From a virus: a stretch of 64,000 nucleotides of DNA. The first letter of the stretch is position 1. Each line of letters starts with the position of its first letter. The notes under the pieces are model-generated. The model searched no databases. It was not told the DNA's origin and was given only the letters and a program-made list of their open reading frames with translations. The position numbers and the translations under genes are program-made. Where the stretch lies: the IMG/VR virus record IMGVR_UViG_3300045988_152944. One strand, given 5' to 3'. Shown here piece after piece: positions 41,512-50,322 of the stretch.

Positions 41512-42777
41512 TTATGCTACGGTGAAATGCCACTTGTTCGCTTTGTCGCAAGCTGCAGCATTATCTTTGTAATATACGTTATACGACTTAGCCTCATAGC
41601 CATTCGCACCTTCTACATCCACAGTAATGTGGGTAAATGCGCTGAATGCTTCTGCGTTCAGTCCGTTAACGTCTTTGATTGAATTGATAGTTCTCGGTGC
41701 AGGGACAGCTATGATAACACGCATGTCACCAACAGCCTCTTGAGCATCGCCCGTATTGCCCGCTGAGATTGCTCCATTTCTCTTACCAGCCAAACCTCTG
41801 ATAATCGCACTCGTGGGCGTGCCTTCTTTAGATTTGACACCACCCCAGAAACTGTTTCTATAACCAGTAATAGCACTCGAAGCAGCGCTCTTTGTGCCAG
41901 CCGCAATTTTACCAGCTACGCCCTCAGTCGCACCAAGGTTGTTTTTAGGATCGGCACCGGCCGTGTGTGTAGCAACAACACTGACCTTATAACTGGTACT
42001 GTCACCAACTGTAAACTGAGCAAACGAACCCGTTTCTGTAGTAGCCGTATGCGAATCTGTATCGCTGACCTCATAGGTCGCTGTAATACCCGTGTCTGGA
42101 CCATATTGATAGCTACCTTTGTTAAAAGCCACTGAGTACGCAGGAGTGAATTCGCTACCAACCTCCTTTGCGCCGGCACCGGTTAAACTAATAGACACTG
42201 ACGGTTGGTTTACTGTAGGATTATTGTTAGCTTTTGCGAGCGCTCCTTTTAAGAATTCTTCTACAGACTTACCACTTGCGGGCAGCACAACCGAACCGGA
42301 TGCACCAGGAGCATAAATACCAAACGCTGTGGTTGCTGTGATATCATCTTTAAAATATACATTGCCTGCGTCGTAATTGCCATCCATGGCTTCCCAGTTG
42401 GTCTCGCCGCGTACATATGCAGTATACTGATATTTGCCACCAACCAACGCTTCCCTGATGATCGCAATGTCACCTTTAACAGGCTCTGCAATTTCAGCAA
42501 GCGCTGCCGCTTTGTCACCACCCAACGCGATGTCTTTCTGATAAACATCGGTAGTATGCAAATTTTTGGTAGCATCACCGATTGCTTTTTCGACGGCTGC
42601 CAAATCTACAAATGAAACGGTAATTTCGCTCCAAGTTTTGGTGCCATCGCCAACTTTGAAAATGTGTAAATCGGTATCATAACCAACTTCACCTTTCTTC
42701 AAAACAAGCTTGGAAGCAGCCCAATTGGTGCTGGTGTCATTACGTAAAATTAAAGTAATACGTATTTGTTTCTCCAT
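41512..42777 (-). CDS. fibre-like protein, paralog E (421 aa) with the shared N-terminal domain
   Basis: MEKQIRITLILRNDTSTNWAASKLVLKKGEVGYDTDLHIFKVGDGTKTWSEI. Confidence 0.75.
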   Translation of the reverse strand: MEKQIRITLILRNDTSTNWAASKLVLKKGEVGYDTDLHIFKVGDGTKTWSEITVSFVDLAAVEKAIGDATKNLHTTDVYQKDIALGGDKAAALAEIAEPVKGDIAIIREALVGGKYQYTAYVRGETNWEAMDGNYDAGNVYFKDDITATTAFGIYAPGASGSVVLPASGKSVEEFLKGALAKANNNPTVNQPSVSISLTGAGAKEVGSEFTPAYSVAFNKGSYQYGPDTGITATYEVSDTDSHTATTETGSFAQFTVGDSTSYKVSVVATHTAGADPKNNLGATEGVAGKIAAGTKSAASSAITGYRNSFWGGVKSKEGTPTSAIIRGLAGKRNGAISAGNTGDAQEAVGDMRVIIAVPAPRTINSIKDVNGLNAEAFSAFTHITVDVEGANGYEAKSYNVYYKDNAAACDKANKWHFTVA

Positions 42778-44054
42778 AAAATTTTCGGCAAAGGCCCCGC
42801 ATCCCCTTCAGGGGTGTGGGGGAATTGCCTCCTCCTTTCTATTAGTTTTGTTGAATTGTGTCTAATCCTTTTAAGGTTCTTATAACTTATTGAACCATTG
42901 TTTACCTTTTCTCCGTCTAAATTTCTGATATCTAAAAATCCTGATTTGCGTCTACCAAAAATCACATATTGTTTATTTTGATATTCTACCGTATCAAATA
43001 AGTCAAACCCAAAAACGTTGCCAATTAGTTGATTATTCTTTTTATATCCACCCTTTGAAAAATTATTTTTATGGATTTGTCTACTCTGCCTTCTAACACA
43101 CTTTTGATAAATATAATAATCTAAAGACTTCGCCTTTGGATTACCACTTATACACCGAGCATCTATGTAGTGTGCTTTCGGCAGATTATTTTCAATACGA
43201 GTGTTTTTAGTTATATAGCCATATGTTTCGTGGACATTTGAATATAACGCACATAATCTGTCAAATAGCGTCTTACACATAATCCCCATAAACGCAGCAT
43301 CTCGATAACTTTTACCACGTTTGAACTTTAATTCAACTTCGCCCTTGTGATAAGCTTTATGACAAGTTTCGCACAAGGTAATTAAATTATTCGGTGCATT
43401 GCCACCTGCTTTACGACTTTCAATATGATGTACATTTAATACATTATCTTTTGATTTACCGTGGCAACATTGGCATTCGTGGTGATCGCGGAATAATACA
43501 TAGGCTCTCACATTCCAGAAACCTAATTGCTCGCCCTGTTGATATTCTTTTCCCGATATTTCGGGATTGTTTATCTTCTGGATATCGAATTGAGCGGTTT
43601 CGACAATAAGTTTAGTTATCGGTAAAATCGCATACAAGCGTTTTATAACTTGAATATGCGAATTTATCTTTTGTTCAACACTTGGAGCAAGCCATCCTTT
43701 GTGTTTTGAATAAACACGATTGTTAAATCTTGCAGGGCGATATCTCAACCGGTTTCTTCTCGTTCTTCTTGCTTCTCTACGAGATGATAGTTTATTTACA
43801 ATATCATTACGCAATTCGACATCAGCTTCATATAGCACTTGTTTGTCCGTTGTGGCAGAAACACCAATATGCTTACTTCCGACATCAATTCCAAGATTCA
43901 CTTCTTGTGTTTGATTTTCACAATCGAATAATAACTGAATTGTAAACGGTTCGTATTTTACTATTTTTGCTTTATTTTGTTTTAGCAATTTTCTTGCTTT
44001 TGCTTCTTTGCAAGGCATTAATGGTTTGCCTTGTTTGTTTAATACATATACCAT
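42750..44054 (-). CDS. iscB: IscB RNA-guided nuclease (OMEGA family, Cas9 ancestor-like), 434 aa
   Basis: PLMP motif (GKPLMPC), RuvC-I GIDVGSKHIG, Arg-rich bridge helix RREARRTRRNRLRYRPARF, RuvC-II IVETAQFD, HNH HHIESRKAGGNAPNNLITLCETCH, RuvC-III HYIDARC. Confidence 0.9.
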   Translation of the reverse strand: MVYVLNKQGKPLMPCKEAKARKLLKQNKAKIVKYEPFTIQLLFDCENQTQEVNLGIDVGSKHIGVSATTDKQVLYEADVELRNDIVNKLSSRREARRTRRNRLRYRPARFNNRVYSKHKGWLAPSVEQKINSHIQVIKRLYAILPITKLIVETAQFDIQKINNPEISGKEYQQGEQLGFWNVRAYVLFRDHHECQCCHGKSKDNVLNVHHIESRKAGGNAPNNLITLCETCHKAYHKGEVELKFKRGKSYRDAAFMGIMCKTLFDRLCALYSNVHETYGYITKNTRIENNLPKAHYIDARCISGNPKAKSLDYYIYQKCVRRQSRQIHKNNFSKGGYKKNNQLIGNVFGFDLFDTVEYQNKQYVIFGRRKSGFLDIRNLDGEKVNNGSISYKNLKRIRHNSTKLIERRRQFPHTPEGDAGPLPKILWRNKYVLL

Positions 44055-44320
44055 TGCTTTTATAGCCTCCTATATGTTAGAGTGGTTACTCCACGACAAT
44101 GTTATTCAAAGGTTTTACGTATGCAACACTGTTCCTACCCATCAGAACTGTTTAATCACATACCGCAGAGCGTAAGACTGGAGAGTACATCCTACAGTGC
44201 CTATATATTCTTTGATAACGTAGTGCTCGAAGCACTGAGTCTGATCAACTAGTGAGCTTGAAGCCCACGCCTATTTATGGGCTGGGTAGTTGACAAAAAC
44301 TCCTTTTGAAAATAAATTCG
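44055..44320 (-). ncRNA. putative IscB omega-RNA (guide plus scaffold)
   Basis: A 266-nt ORF-free gap immediately 5' of iscB, where IscB omega-RNAs are encoded. Stems include GTGGGCT/AGCTCAC (44252-44268) and AGTGCT/AGCACT (44222-44236). Confidence 0.65.
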
Positions 44321-44791
44321 TCACTCACTCAAGGCGTCGCCGCCATTGAAAATGAAATGCTCGTAATTTTGTCCCATGCTTTTATAAGATTTTGTGTCCT
44401 TATCCCAGCAATAGGTTGCTTGTTCTGATAATACAAAGTACACACCACCAACATCGCCCACAGCGGGTAGTTGTTCGCGTGTACTCACTTGAACAGCCCC
44501 TGCGGTAACGCCCGAAGCAGAAATAACATTGTTTTCGTCAATTGTAATACCAGAACCAGCGGTTAATTTTTGTTGATACTTTTGTAGCTCCTCGGTTGAA
44601 TCCAAGGCTATCCAATTAGAACCGTCTGAACGATATAGACCGTTGTGTTCTAATTTCTCCGTTGTGGCACCAAGATGATGATAGATTTTATTATCGCTTG
44701 CGTCCTTCGGAGAAAAAGAACTCAGATCTTTGTTCTCAATTGGAGTGTTAAGCAGCTGATTATAATCAGCAATCATAATTCTTTGAATCAT
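44321..44791 (-). CDS. hypothetical fibre-module protein (156 aa)
   Basis: ORF 3 nt downstream of the previous gene; no diagnostic motif. Confidence 0.55.
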   Translation of the reverse strand: MIQRIMIADYNQLLNTPIENKDLSSFSPKDASDNKIYHHLGATTEKLEHNGLYRSDGSNWIALDSTEELQKYQQKLTAGSGITIDENNVISASGVTAGAVQVSTREQLPAVGDVGGVYFVLSEQATYCWDKDTKSYKSMGQNYEHFIFNGGDALSE

Positions 44792-44794
44792 CTT

Positions 44795-45115
44795 TTAACC
44801 CTCTGTAATTATATAGTAAGCATTTTGAACATATTTTTCCGTGGTCGGTCCCACATACTTAACAAATTTACCAAAAAACTCACTTACGTTCAGCTTGTTC
44901 ATTTCTTCTTCGGTTTTGGCTATAATGGGGTTTTCGATCGAACCAAGTTCTCCAGTACCATTAATTACCTTCCCATACGAATCGTAAGCTGAATAACCCT
45001 TTAAAACCTTGGCCGCATCTGCCTGATTGCCAAGAGGGGTTAATACATAATCTCCTGTTGGACTATAATTATCATTAGTTTGGATAATTAACGTCCCCTC
45101 GTATTTTTGTCCCAT
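44795..45115 (-). CDS. small protein, paralog 2 of the MGQKYEGTLIIQTNDNYSPTG family (106 aa)
   Basis: Start at the internal ATG 45115 (GGAGGAG RBS); the first ~22 aa are nearly identical to the gene at 45176-45394. Confidence 0.6.
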   Translation of the reverse strand: MGQKYEGTLIIQTNDNYSPTGDYVLTPLGNQADAAKVLKGYSAYDSYGKVINGTGELGSIENPIIAKTEEEMNKLNVSEFFGKFVKYVGPTTEKYVQNAYYIITEG

Positions 45116-45175
45116 ACTTTCTCCTCCTGCCAAATCACCCATAACCAATAGTGTGGATGCTTTTGCGATAGTTGT

Positions 45176-45394
45176 TTACGCCGCAGGTTCAGGTTCAGGT
45201 TCAGGTTCAGGATCTTTCTCCGGTGCGACATAAGAACCATTCAATACCACGCCCTGTGCTCCATAAGCTTTTTTGCCTTTCAGGATGTCTTCTTCGGATG
45301 CCAGATCAGGTATTGACTCCAAACGATATTCGCCCGTAGGACTATAATTATCGTTGGTTTGAATAATCAGTGTGCCTTCATATTTTTGTCCCAT
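45176..45394 (-). CDS. small protein, paralog 1 (72 aa) with C-terminal (PE)n tail
   Basis: MGQKYEGTLIIQTNDNYSPTGEY…EKDPEPEPEPEPAA. Confidence 0.55.
   Translation of the reverse strand: MGQKYEGTLIIQTNDNYSPTGEYRLESIPDLASEEDILKGKKAYGAQGVVLNGSYVAPEKDPEPEPEPEPAA
45184..45213 (-). repeat. in-frame hexanucleotide repeat (CAGGTT)x4 plus a variant unit, encoding (PE)n
   Basis: Direct reading of caggttcaggttcaggttcaggttcaggat. Confidence 0.9.
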
Positions 45395-45404
45395 AATTTT
45401 CCCC

Positions 45405-45731
45405 TCACTTCTTATTTACTTTTTTTGAAAAATCAATAATGAATTCGATTGCGTCGGAAATTTGATCAACCTCATATTGAATACCCAATTCCTTCGCAAA
45501 AGAATCCACAGCTGCCATAACAATTTCTTTTTTTTCTGCCCCAGATTGTCCAGTGGCTTCAGCATCTGCGATAGCCCGTAAAATCATAGGATACAGTTTT
45601 TTCCAATTGCCATCTTTTGCTAATTCGCCAAACTTCTTTTTCAGTTTTGTAAACATTGCAACCATAGCAGTAATCGCAGCGATGACAATACTGACAAGTG
45701 AGACGATTAATCCAATATCTACATTACTCAT
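45405..45731 (-). CDS. holin, LL-H family-like (108 aa)
   Basis: Start at the internal ATG 45731 (GAGGTGG RBS). One N-terminal TM helix, then GQSGAEKKEIVMAAVDSFAKELGIQYEVDQISDAIEFII, which resembles the LL-H holin family pattern (from memory). Confidence 0.55.
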   Translation of the reverse strand: MSNVDIGLIVSLVSIVIAAITAMVAMFTKLKKKFGELAKDGNWKKLYPMILRAIADAEATGQSGAEKKEIVMAAVDSFAKELGIQYEVDQISDAIEFIIDFSKKVNKK

Positions 45732-45820
45732 GGATTCCACCTCGTTAAATAAAATGATATTTTTATTTGAACCCACACACTGTGGGATTATTTTCGATTT
45801 TAATAGACAAGTGTCTATTT

Positions 45821-45863
45821 GTAAAAAAGAAAATTGGGGCCATACATAAATGTACGACCCCAA
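45821..45863 (-). terminator. rho-independent terminator after the tail-tube operon
   Basis: TTGGGG…CCCCAA long imperfect hairpin (45834-45863), followed on the minus strand by TTTTCTTTTTTAC. Confidence 0.6.
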
Positions 45864-45873
45864 AACCTTTTAA

Positions 45874-46056
45874 TCAGTCTTTTAACTGAAAATATTTGCA
45901 ATTTTCTTTGCAACCATTTGGCACCCAGCATTTCTCATTGTGACAAAATCGCTGAAAAGGACAAACCTCTCCTTTGAGTTTTTCACACACATATGTGTCT
46001 GCGCCACACCCTCTTGCAAATTGGCAAGGATGCAAGGTCCTTTTTGGAAATTCCAT
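45874..46056 (-). CDS. small Cys-rich protein (60 aa), translationally coupled to the upstream gene
   Basis: TAATG stop/start overlap at 46054-46058; 8 Cys in 60 aa. Confidence 0.45.
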   Translation of the reverse strand: MEFPKRTLHPCQFARGCGADTYVCEKLKGEVCPFQRFCHNEKCWVPNGCKENCKYFQLKD

Positions 46057-47093
46057 TACGCAATAGTGAAGGAATCCGTTTTGTTACCAAATGTAGCAGA
46101 AAGAACCTTACCTTGTTCAAGAGCAGTGGTTTCCTCTGCCACCGTATTATCATATTTGATTTCGAGGCCCTCTATGTCGTGTTTAAGCAACATCAGGCTC
46201 TTATCGTTATACAAGGCATAGATTTCAACATCCGAAACCTTATTGCCTACAACGGCGCTTTCGGGATTGATCGCGATAGCAACCAAGCCATCGGTAAGAC
46301 TTCTACCTTCAATAACTTCAATAATACGGAACAGTTTACCACTGCCAACATCACAACCCTCGTTCATAACCATGGCGGTACCATTGAGGTTCATAGTTGC
46401 ATTCGAACTCATGTTGAAGGTGAATTCTTGACCACCATCAAGTTGGAATCTCGGAACCTCAAACGTAAGAGTGCCAGCTTTGCTACCCTTCGAGGCCGCA
46501 CAAGCGTCACCGGCGAAAATAGGCACAGTGATAACCAACATAAGCTCTTGAGGGATAAGATCGCTCTTCACAACCGCTTCTTTAGCTTCGTTGCTAGAAC
46601 CATAATAGCGCACACAATAGGTTTTACCTTCAACGCCATCCTCAATGGTCACGTCTTTACCAACAATTGCCGTGCTGACCTTGTAATCATCATTGCCTTC
46701 CAGTGCATACCAAACCATTTTGGTTACAGCGCCGCTATCACATTTCAGCATGGGAATATCAGCAGGAGTTTGTTTGAGGGAAAGTTTGTTCCCATTGCAC
46801 ACAACCTCTTCACCTTGATACGCGTTGAGACCACGCGCAAAAGTAGTGCCAAGCTGAGCTTCAATATAAGATTCTTTATAAAGAATATCCGTAAGGGTGA
46901 TTGCTACAGCAGGATCGTGGAAAAAGTTTGCAACAACAGGCGCATTCGTGCCACCACGAAGTTCGTCTTTCGTGATTGTGACAGAAATCGAAGAATCCGT
47001 CAACGTCTTGGCAACAAACGCCATCGTCGGTTTCCCATCGACCAAACGAAACGCTTCAGCCGTACCAACGGAGCCTAAAAAATATTTTGCCAT
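46056..47093 (-). CDS. putative major tail (tube) protein (345 aa)
   Basis: Abundant-protein-like codon use (a long antisense shadow ORF), strong RBS, position downstream of the head-tail genes, terminator after the operon. Assignment by context only. Confidence 0.4.
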   Translation of the reverse strand: MAKYFLGSVGTAEAFRLVDGKPTMAFVAKTLTDSSISVTITKDELRGGTNAPVVANFFHDPAVAITLTDILYKESYIEAQLGTTFARGLNAYQGEEVVCNGNKLSLKQTPADIPMLKCDSGAVTKMVWYALEGNDDYKVSTAIVGKDVTIEDGVEGKTYCVRYYGSSNEAKEAVVKSDLIPQELMLVITVPIFAGDACAASKGSKAGTLTFEVPRFQLDGGQEFTFNMSSNATMNLNGTAMVMNEGCDVGSGKLFRIIEVIEGRSLTDGLVAIAINPESAVVGNKVSDVEIYALYNDKSLMLLKHDIEGLEIKYDNTVAEETTALEQGKVLSATFGNKTDSFTIA

Positions 47094-47125
47094 ATTAGTT
47101 TCTCCTTATATAATTAAATTATGTT

Positions 47126-48049
47126 TTAGATTTGAGACATCTCACCCTTGAATTCATCAAGAGTCCTATAAGCGTCGCCCAAAACATCTGTCTCTTTTTT
47201 ATATATCCAATGTTCGGGCGGTTCTTTCATTGAAACCATTCCGGTCATCATACCAACACGAGTAGCCTCATATTGAATTACATCATCAACCGTAGTTAAC
47301 AACATCAAAAACTTTCTGATGGGCATATCATACAGCTCACTCAACTTATAGCTGGTTTTAGCTGAAACACATACCATCTTTTTCTCAGTGGTCGCTTTTC
47401 CACTCTTTTGGCTTTTAATTCTGATACGTTCTGCGTAGTCAGCCTTCAAGTCAGGATCAATCTTGCTGTCATCATAATAATCAGGTAAATTCTGATACAT
47501 TACAATTTGCCTTAAACGCTCAAACGCCGCAGCGTCGATTGAATGTCCCGCTACGACTAACTTATACTTCTTCGTTTCCGGATCTGCAGCATATCGTATC
47601 ATTGCCTCAAGTTGTGTTGAACCGCACTTAGGGCAAGCCACCAACTTCTCCTCTTCTGGTTTTTCTTGAGTGAGAATTTCTCTGTGTTGAGTTATAAACT
47701 CGGCGTAAGTCATCGTGTTGCCACATTGTGGGCACCACACCCCATCTTTTAAATGGAAAATCAACTCAAACAATTTACTCAAGCGAAGAGTCCAAAGCTG
47801 TCCTTCTTCTTGATCGTTAAGTTTTCCGATCAAAAAATCTAGATGAGTTTGTTTAAGGCCTTCAAAGGTTTCATTTTTATTCAATGTTAAACACGGATTC
47901 ACCAACATAAAATCGTTGTAATTCCGCATTGGTATTGGATAAATTTGTAACCCACAAAAGGGAACGGGTTCGTCATAGGTAAAATACGTAGCCTCATATT
48001 GTTGAATTTCGTTGGCTATTTTTTCGCTCAAACACCCATATCTGTCCAT
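47126..48049 (-). CDS. hypothetical protein with a zinc-ribbon (307 aa)
   Basis: CPQCGN…(35 aa)…CPKCGS. Confidence 0.55.
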   Translation of the reverse strand: MDRYGCLSEKIANEIQQYEATYFTYDEPVPFCGLQIYPIPMRNYNDFMLVNPCLTLNKNETFEGLKQTHLDFLIGKLNDQEEGQLWTLRLSKLFELIFHLKDGVWCPQCGNTMTYAEFITQHREILTQEKPEEEKLVACPKCGSTQLEAMIRYAADPETKKYKLVVAGHSIDAAAFERLRQIVMYQNLPDYYDDSKIDPDLKADYAERIRIKSQKSGKATTEKKMVCVSAKTSYKLSELYDMPIRKFLMLLTTVDDVIQYEATRVGMMTGMVSMKEPPEHWIYKKETDVLGDAYRTLDEFKGEMSQI

Positions 48050-48122
48050 TCTATCCTCCTTCTCATCCTTATATTTCAGTAGCTATTAATATATTGCGCT
48101 CATTTCAAGCTATTGAAACCCT

Positions 48123-48815
48123 TTAGAAATTGCGATTCGGTCCTTCCGCTAATCCTGATACCAGCATTGCCATCTTGGTAACGTGGCCCAGATAGGTTCG
48201 ACCATTCCACAAATTTTGTTGTGAGTTGTTATAATAATTTGTTTTTTGGTTAAATTGGAAGTACCCAATTCCATCCAAATACAAACCATTCAACTCTGCA
48301 ATCACGCTCTTTAATAGAACGCTCTCGCGATTTTTATATAAAACCACCGCTTCTCCTTTTTTATCCGAATCGTTGGGATTCGGATTGGGAAGTAAGGGGT
48401 TTATATCTTGTGCGTCGGCATCTCCCATAATTTTAATAATCTTGCTGTGTGAAATTGTTTCTAACGCAATATTAACTACAGCGACCTCGTGGTTGGTCGG
48501 GAAAACGCCGTCTATATAAATATGGAGATGTGCACATTGTTCAGTCCACGCGTCGTCAACATATCTGGATAAAAACACTCTTTTATTTGTTTCTTGGCCA
48601 TCTTCAGTGTCGATTAGGGCATAACGCTCTTCGAGTGAAACATTGTCTTTGAACAAACAATCCATTGTTGGATACTTTAAGATTTTCCAAATATTTTGAG
48701 CATTTTTCGTTTGACTATACAACAAATGGGATATAATTTTCCACTCGATGCTGTCAAGATTGGTGAACCTATTATAGTTGCTCATCTCATCATAACTACC
48801 TTGATATCCTGCCAT
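48123..48815 (-). CDS. hypothetical head-tail/neck module protein (230 aa)
   Basis: ORF and position only. Confidence 0.55.
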   Translation of the reverse strand: MAGYQGSYDEMSNYNRFTNLDSIEWKIISHLLYSQTKNAQNIWKILKYPTMDCLFKDNVSLEERYALIDTEDGQETNKRVFLSRYVDDAWTEQCAHLHIYIDGVFPTNHEVAVVNIALETISHSKIIKIMGDADAQDINPLLPNPNPNDSDKKGEAVVLYKNRESVLLKSVIAELNGLYLDGIGYFQFNQKTNYYNNSQQNLWNGRTYLGHVTKMAMLVSGLAEGPNRNF

Positions 48816-48821
48816 AATACC

Positions 48822-49973
48822 TTATAACCCCCTTAGTGAAATATTAAATTTATATGTCACGTCCACACCTTCAAGAATTGCCTTGCAGGTAACTTCTAAA
48901 TTTCCCGCCGGATAAAATTTTAATTTTTGCAACGAAAAGCTATTACCGTCCAATTGCTCAAATTTGACATATTTATCTCTAACTGAATCATCAACGGGTT
49001 GTGGTGGACTAGAGGCGTTCATAAGCTGATATGTGGTTGCGACCTTCGTATCGGTAGATACACCAGAAGCATATACCACAGGCTTAAATATCAACGGCTC
49101 ATTTGAAAGCGTTTCGGGAATGACAGATGGTTCGTCTAATCGGATTTGATAATCCGTTTCTGTTCCAGTTTCTTCAACAACAACGCTTTCTTTTTGGTTA
49201 TACGCAATGCGCGTTTGAAAATTATCGTATTCAGATTTTTGAACAACTTCAAAATAAAGAATAATTGTTCCTAAATCATCATCCACAAATGTACGATTGG
49301 AAGCAAATTTGCTTATTGCTTGTATACGATAAACCTGGTCATATCCAACAATAAATCGTTGGTTGACATAATATTTACGCGTAAACTCGTTGTGCTGCAC
49401 AATTACGGTTAAGTCCGATGATTGACTCACCGCTGTCTGATTATACACGATGTTAACGCCAGCAAGCTCTTTTGTTTGAACTGCGGGCTCATAATGATAA
49501 CGTGTTATACCTTGAGCGTCTAAGTATTCACTACCTAAAGTGCCGTTGCATCGCGCAATAATAGCACTTGCGGTTGCATCACTAGTATTACGGTTAGTCG
49601 TTAACCAAACACTTTTGTTTTCCTCTGGTTCATCGATATCATATTGGAATGAAAATTTAAATTTTAATCCCAAAGGACAGTGATAGTGAACATCGCGAAA
49701 TACCACACGACGCCAGTCGTCAGAAATCGGAACGCCTTTATCGGTTTTAACTGTTTGTAAAACGACCTCCAAGGGGACGAACTTGTTTGTTCCAATTGCC
49801 GTCTCTTGTTCAATCAATGCGCGATTGGGACGATAATCCCAGTCGGCATCTACCTTATCTTGAATTTCTTTTAGCCAATAATTTTGAGGTACGTAATTGC
49901 GTGGAGTTTGTGAAATTAAATGATAAGGATTTGGTCTGTTTGTAGTATCATAAACTTTACCCATTCGCACCAC
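48822..49973 (-). CDS. hypothetical virion protein (383 aa)
   Basis: ORF and position only. Confidence 0.55.
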   Translation of the reverse strand: MVRMGKVYDTTNRPNPYHLISQTPRNYVPQNYWLKEIQDKVDADWDYRPNRALIEQETAIGTNKFVPLEVVLQTVKTDKGVPISDDWRRVVFRDVHYHCPLGLKFKFSFQYDIDEPEENKSVWLTTNRNTSDATASAIIARCNGTLGSEYLDAQGITRYHYEPAVQTKELAGVNIVYNQTAVSQSSDLTVIVQHNEFTRKYYVNQRFIVGYDQVYRIQAISKFASNRTFVDDDLGTIILYFEVVQKSEYDNFQTRIAYNQKESVVVEETGTETDYQIRLDEPSVIPETLSNEPLIFKPVVYASGVSTDTKVATTYQLMNASSPPQPVDDSVRDKYVKFEQLDGNSFSLQKLKFYPAGNLEVTCKAILEGVDVTYKFNISLRGL

Positions 49974-49983
49974 CTCCTCGTTA

Positions 49984-50322
49984 TCACAAGCTCTTTAGCA
50001 AATGATCGATAATGCCCTTGGTTTCAAAAATCTGTTTTCGCACCAACGAATAAGGGAGATTTTTATAATCTCGAATACCGTTTAGTTTTACAATTACATC
50101 AACCAAAGCACCATCAAATAAAATATTGGCCGAATTCACCTCAAACAACTGACTTACAATATAATCATCCGCAGTGATTCTATGTTCATCTTGGACAGTG
50201 TTGTTAGTTTCATCTTCAATAAGATACAGAATTTTTATACATCGCTTACTCAGTTTATGAAGGTAATCTTTTTTTGCCTCTAAGGGCAGTATTAACTTAT
50301 TTGCCAATTTGTCTACCTCCAA
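49984..50322 (-). CDS. hypothetical protein (112 aa)
   Basis: ORF and position only. Confidence 0.5.
   Translation of the reverse strand: MEVDKLANKLILPLEAKKDYLHKLSKRCIKILYLIEDETNNTVQDEHRITADDYIVSQLFEVNSANILFDGALVDVIVKLNGIRDYKNLPYSLVRKQIFETKGIIDHLLKSL

Noticed and set aside
33326-42777. A shufflon or invertible tail-fibre switch driven by the tyrosine recombinase
   Set aside because: All fibre paralogs are co-oriented, and I could not see inverted repeats or inverted partial cassettes by eye. It remains a hypothesis testable only with read-level structural variation.
45993-47078. 361-aa plus-strand ORF. Similar long plus-strand ORFs are 51792-52964 (390 aa), 4508-5302 (264 aa), 733-1323, 40537-41139 and 12994-13464.
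   Set aside because: All lie antisense to well-supported minus-strand structural genes. They have low-complexity or odd composition (R/F/C/I-rich), no RBS and no motifs. They are typical shadow ORFs of codon-biased genes.
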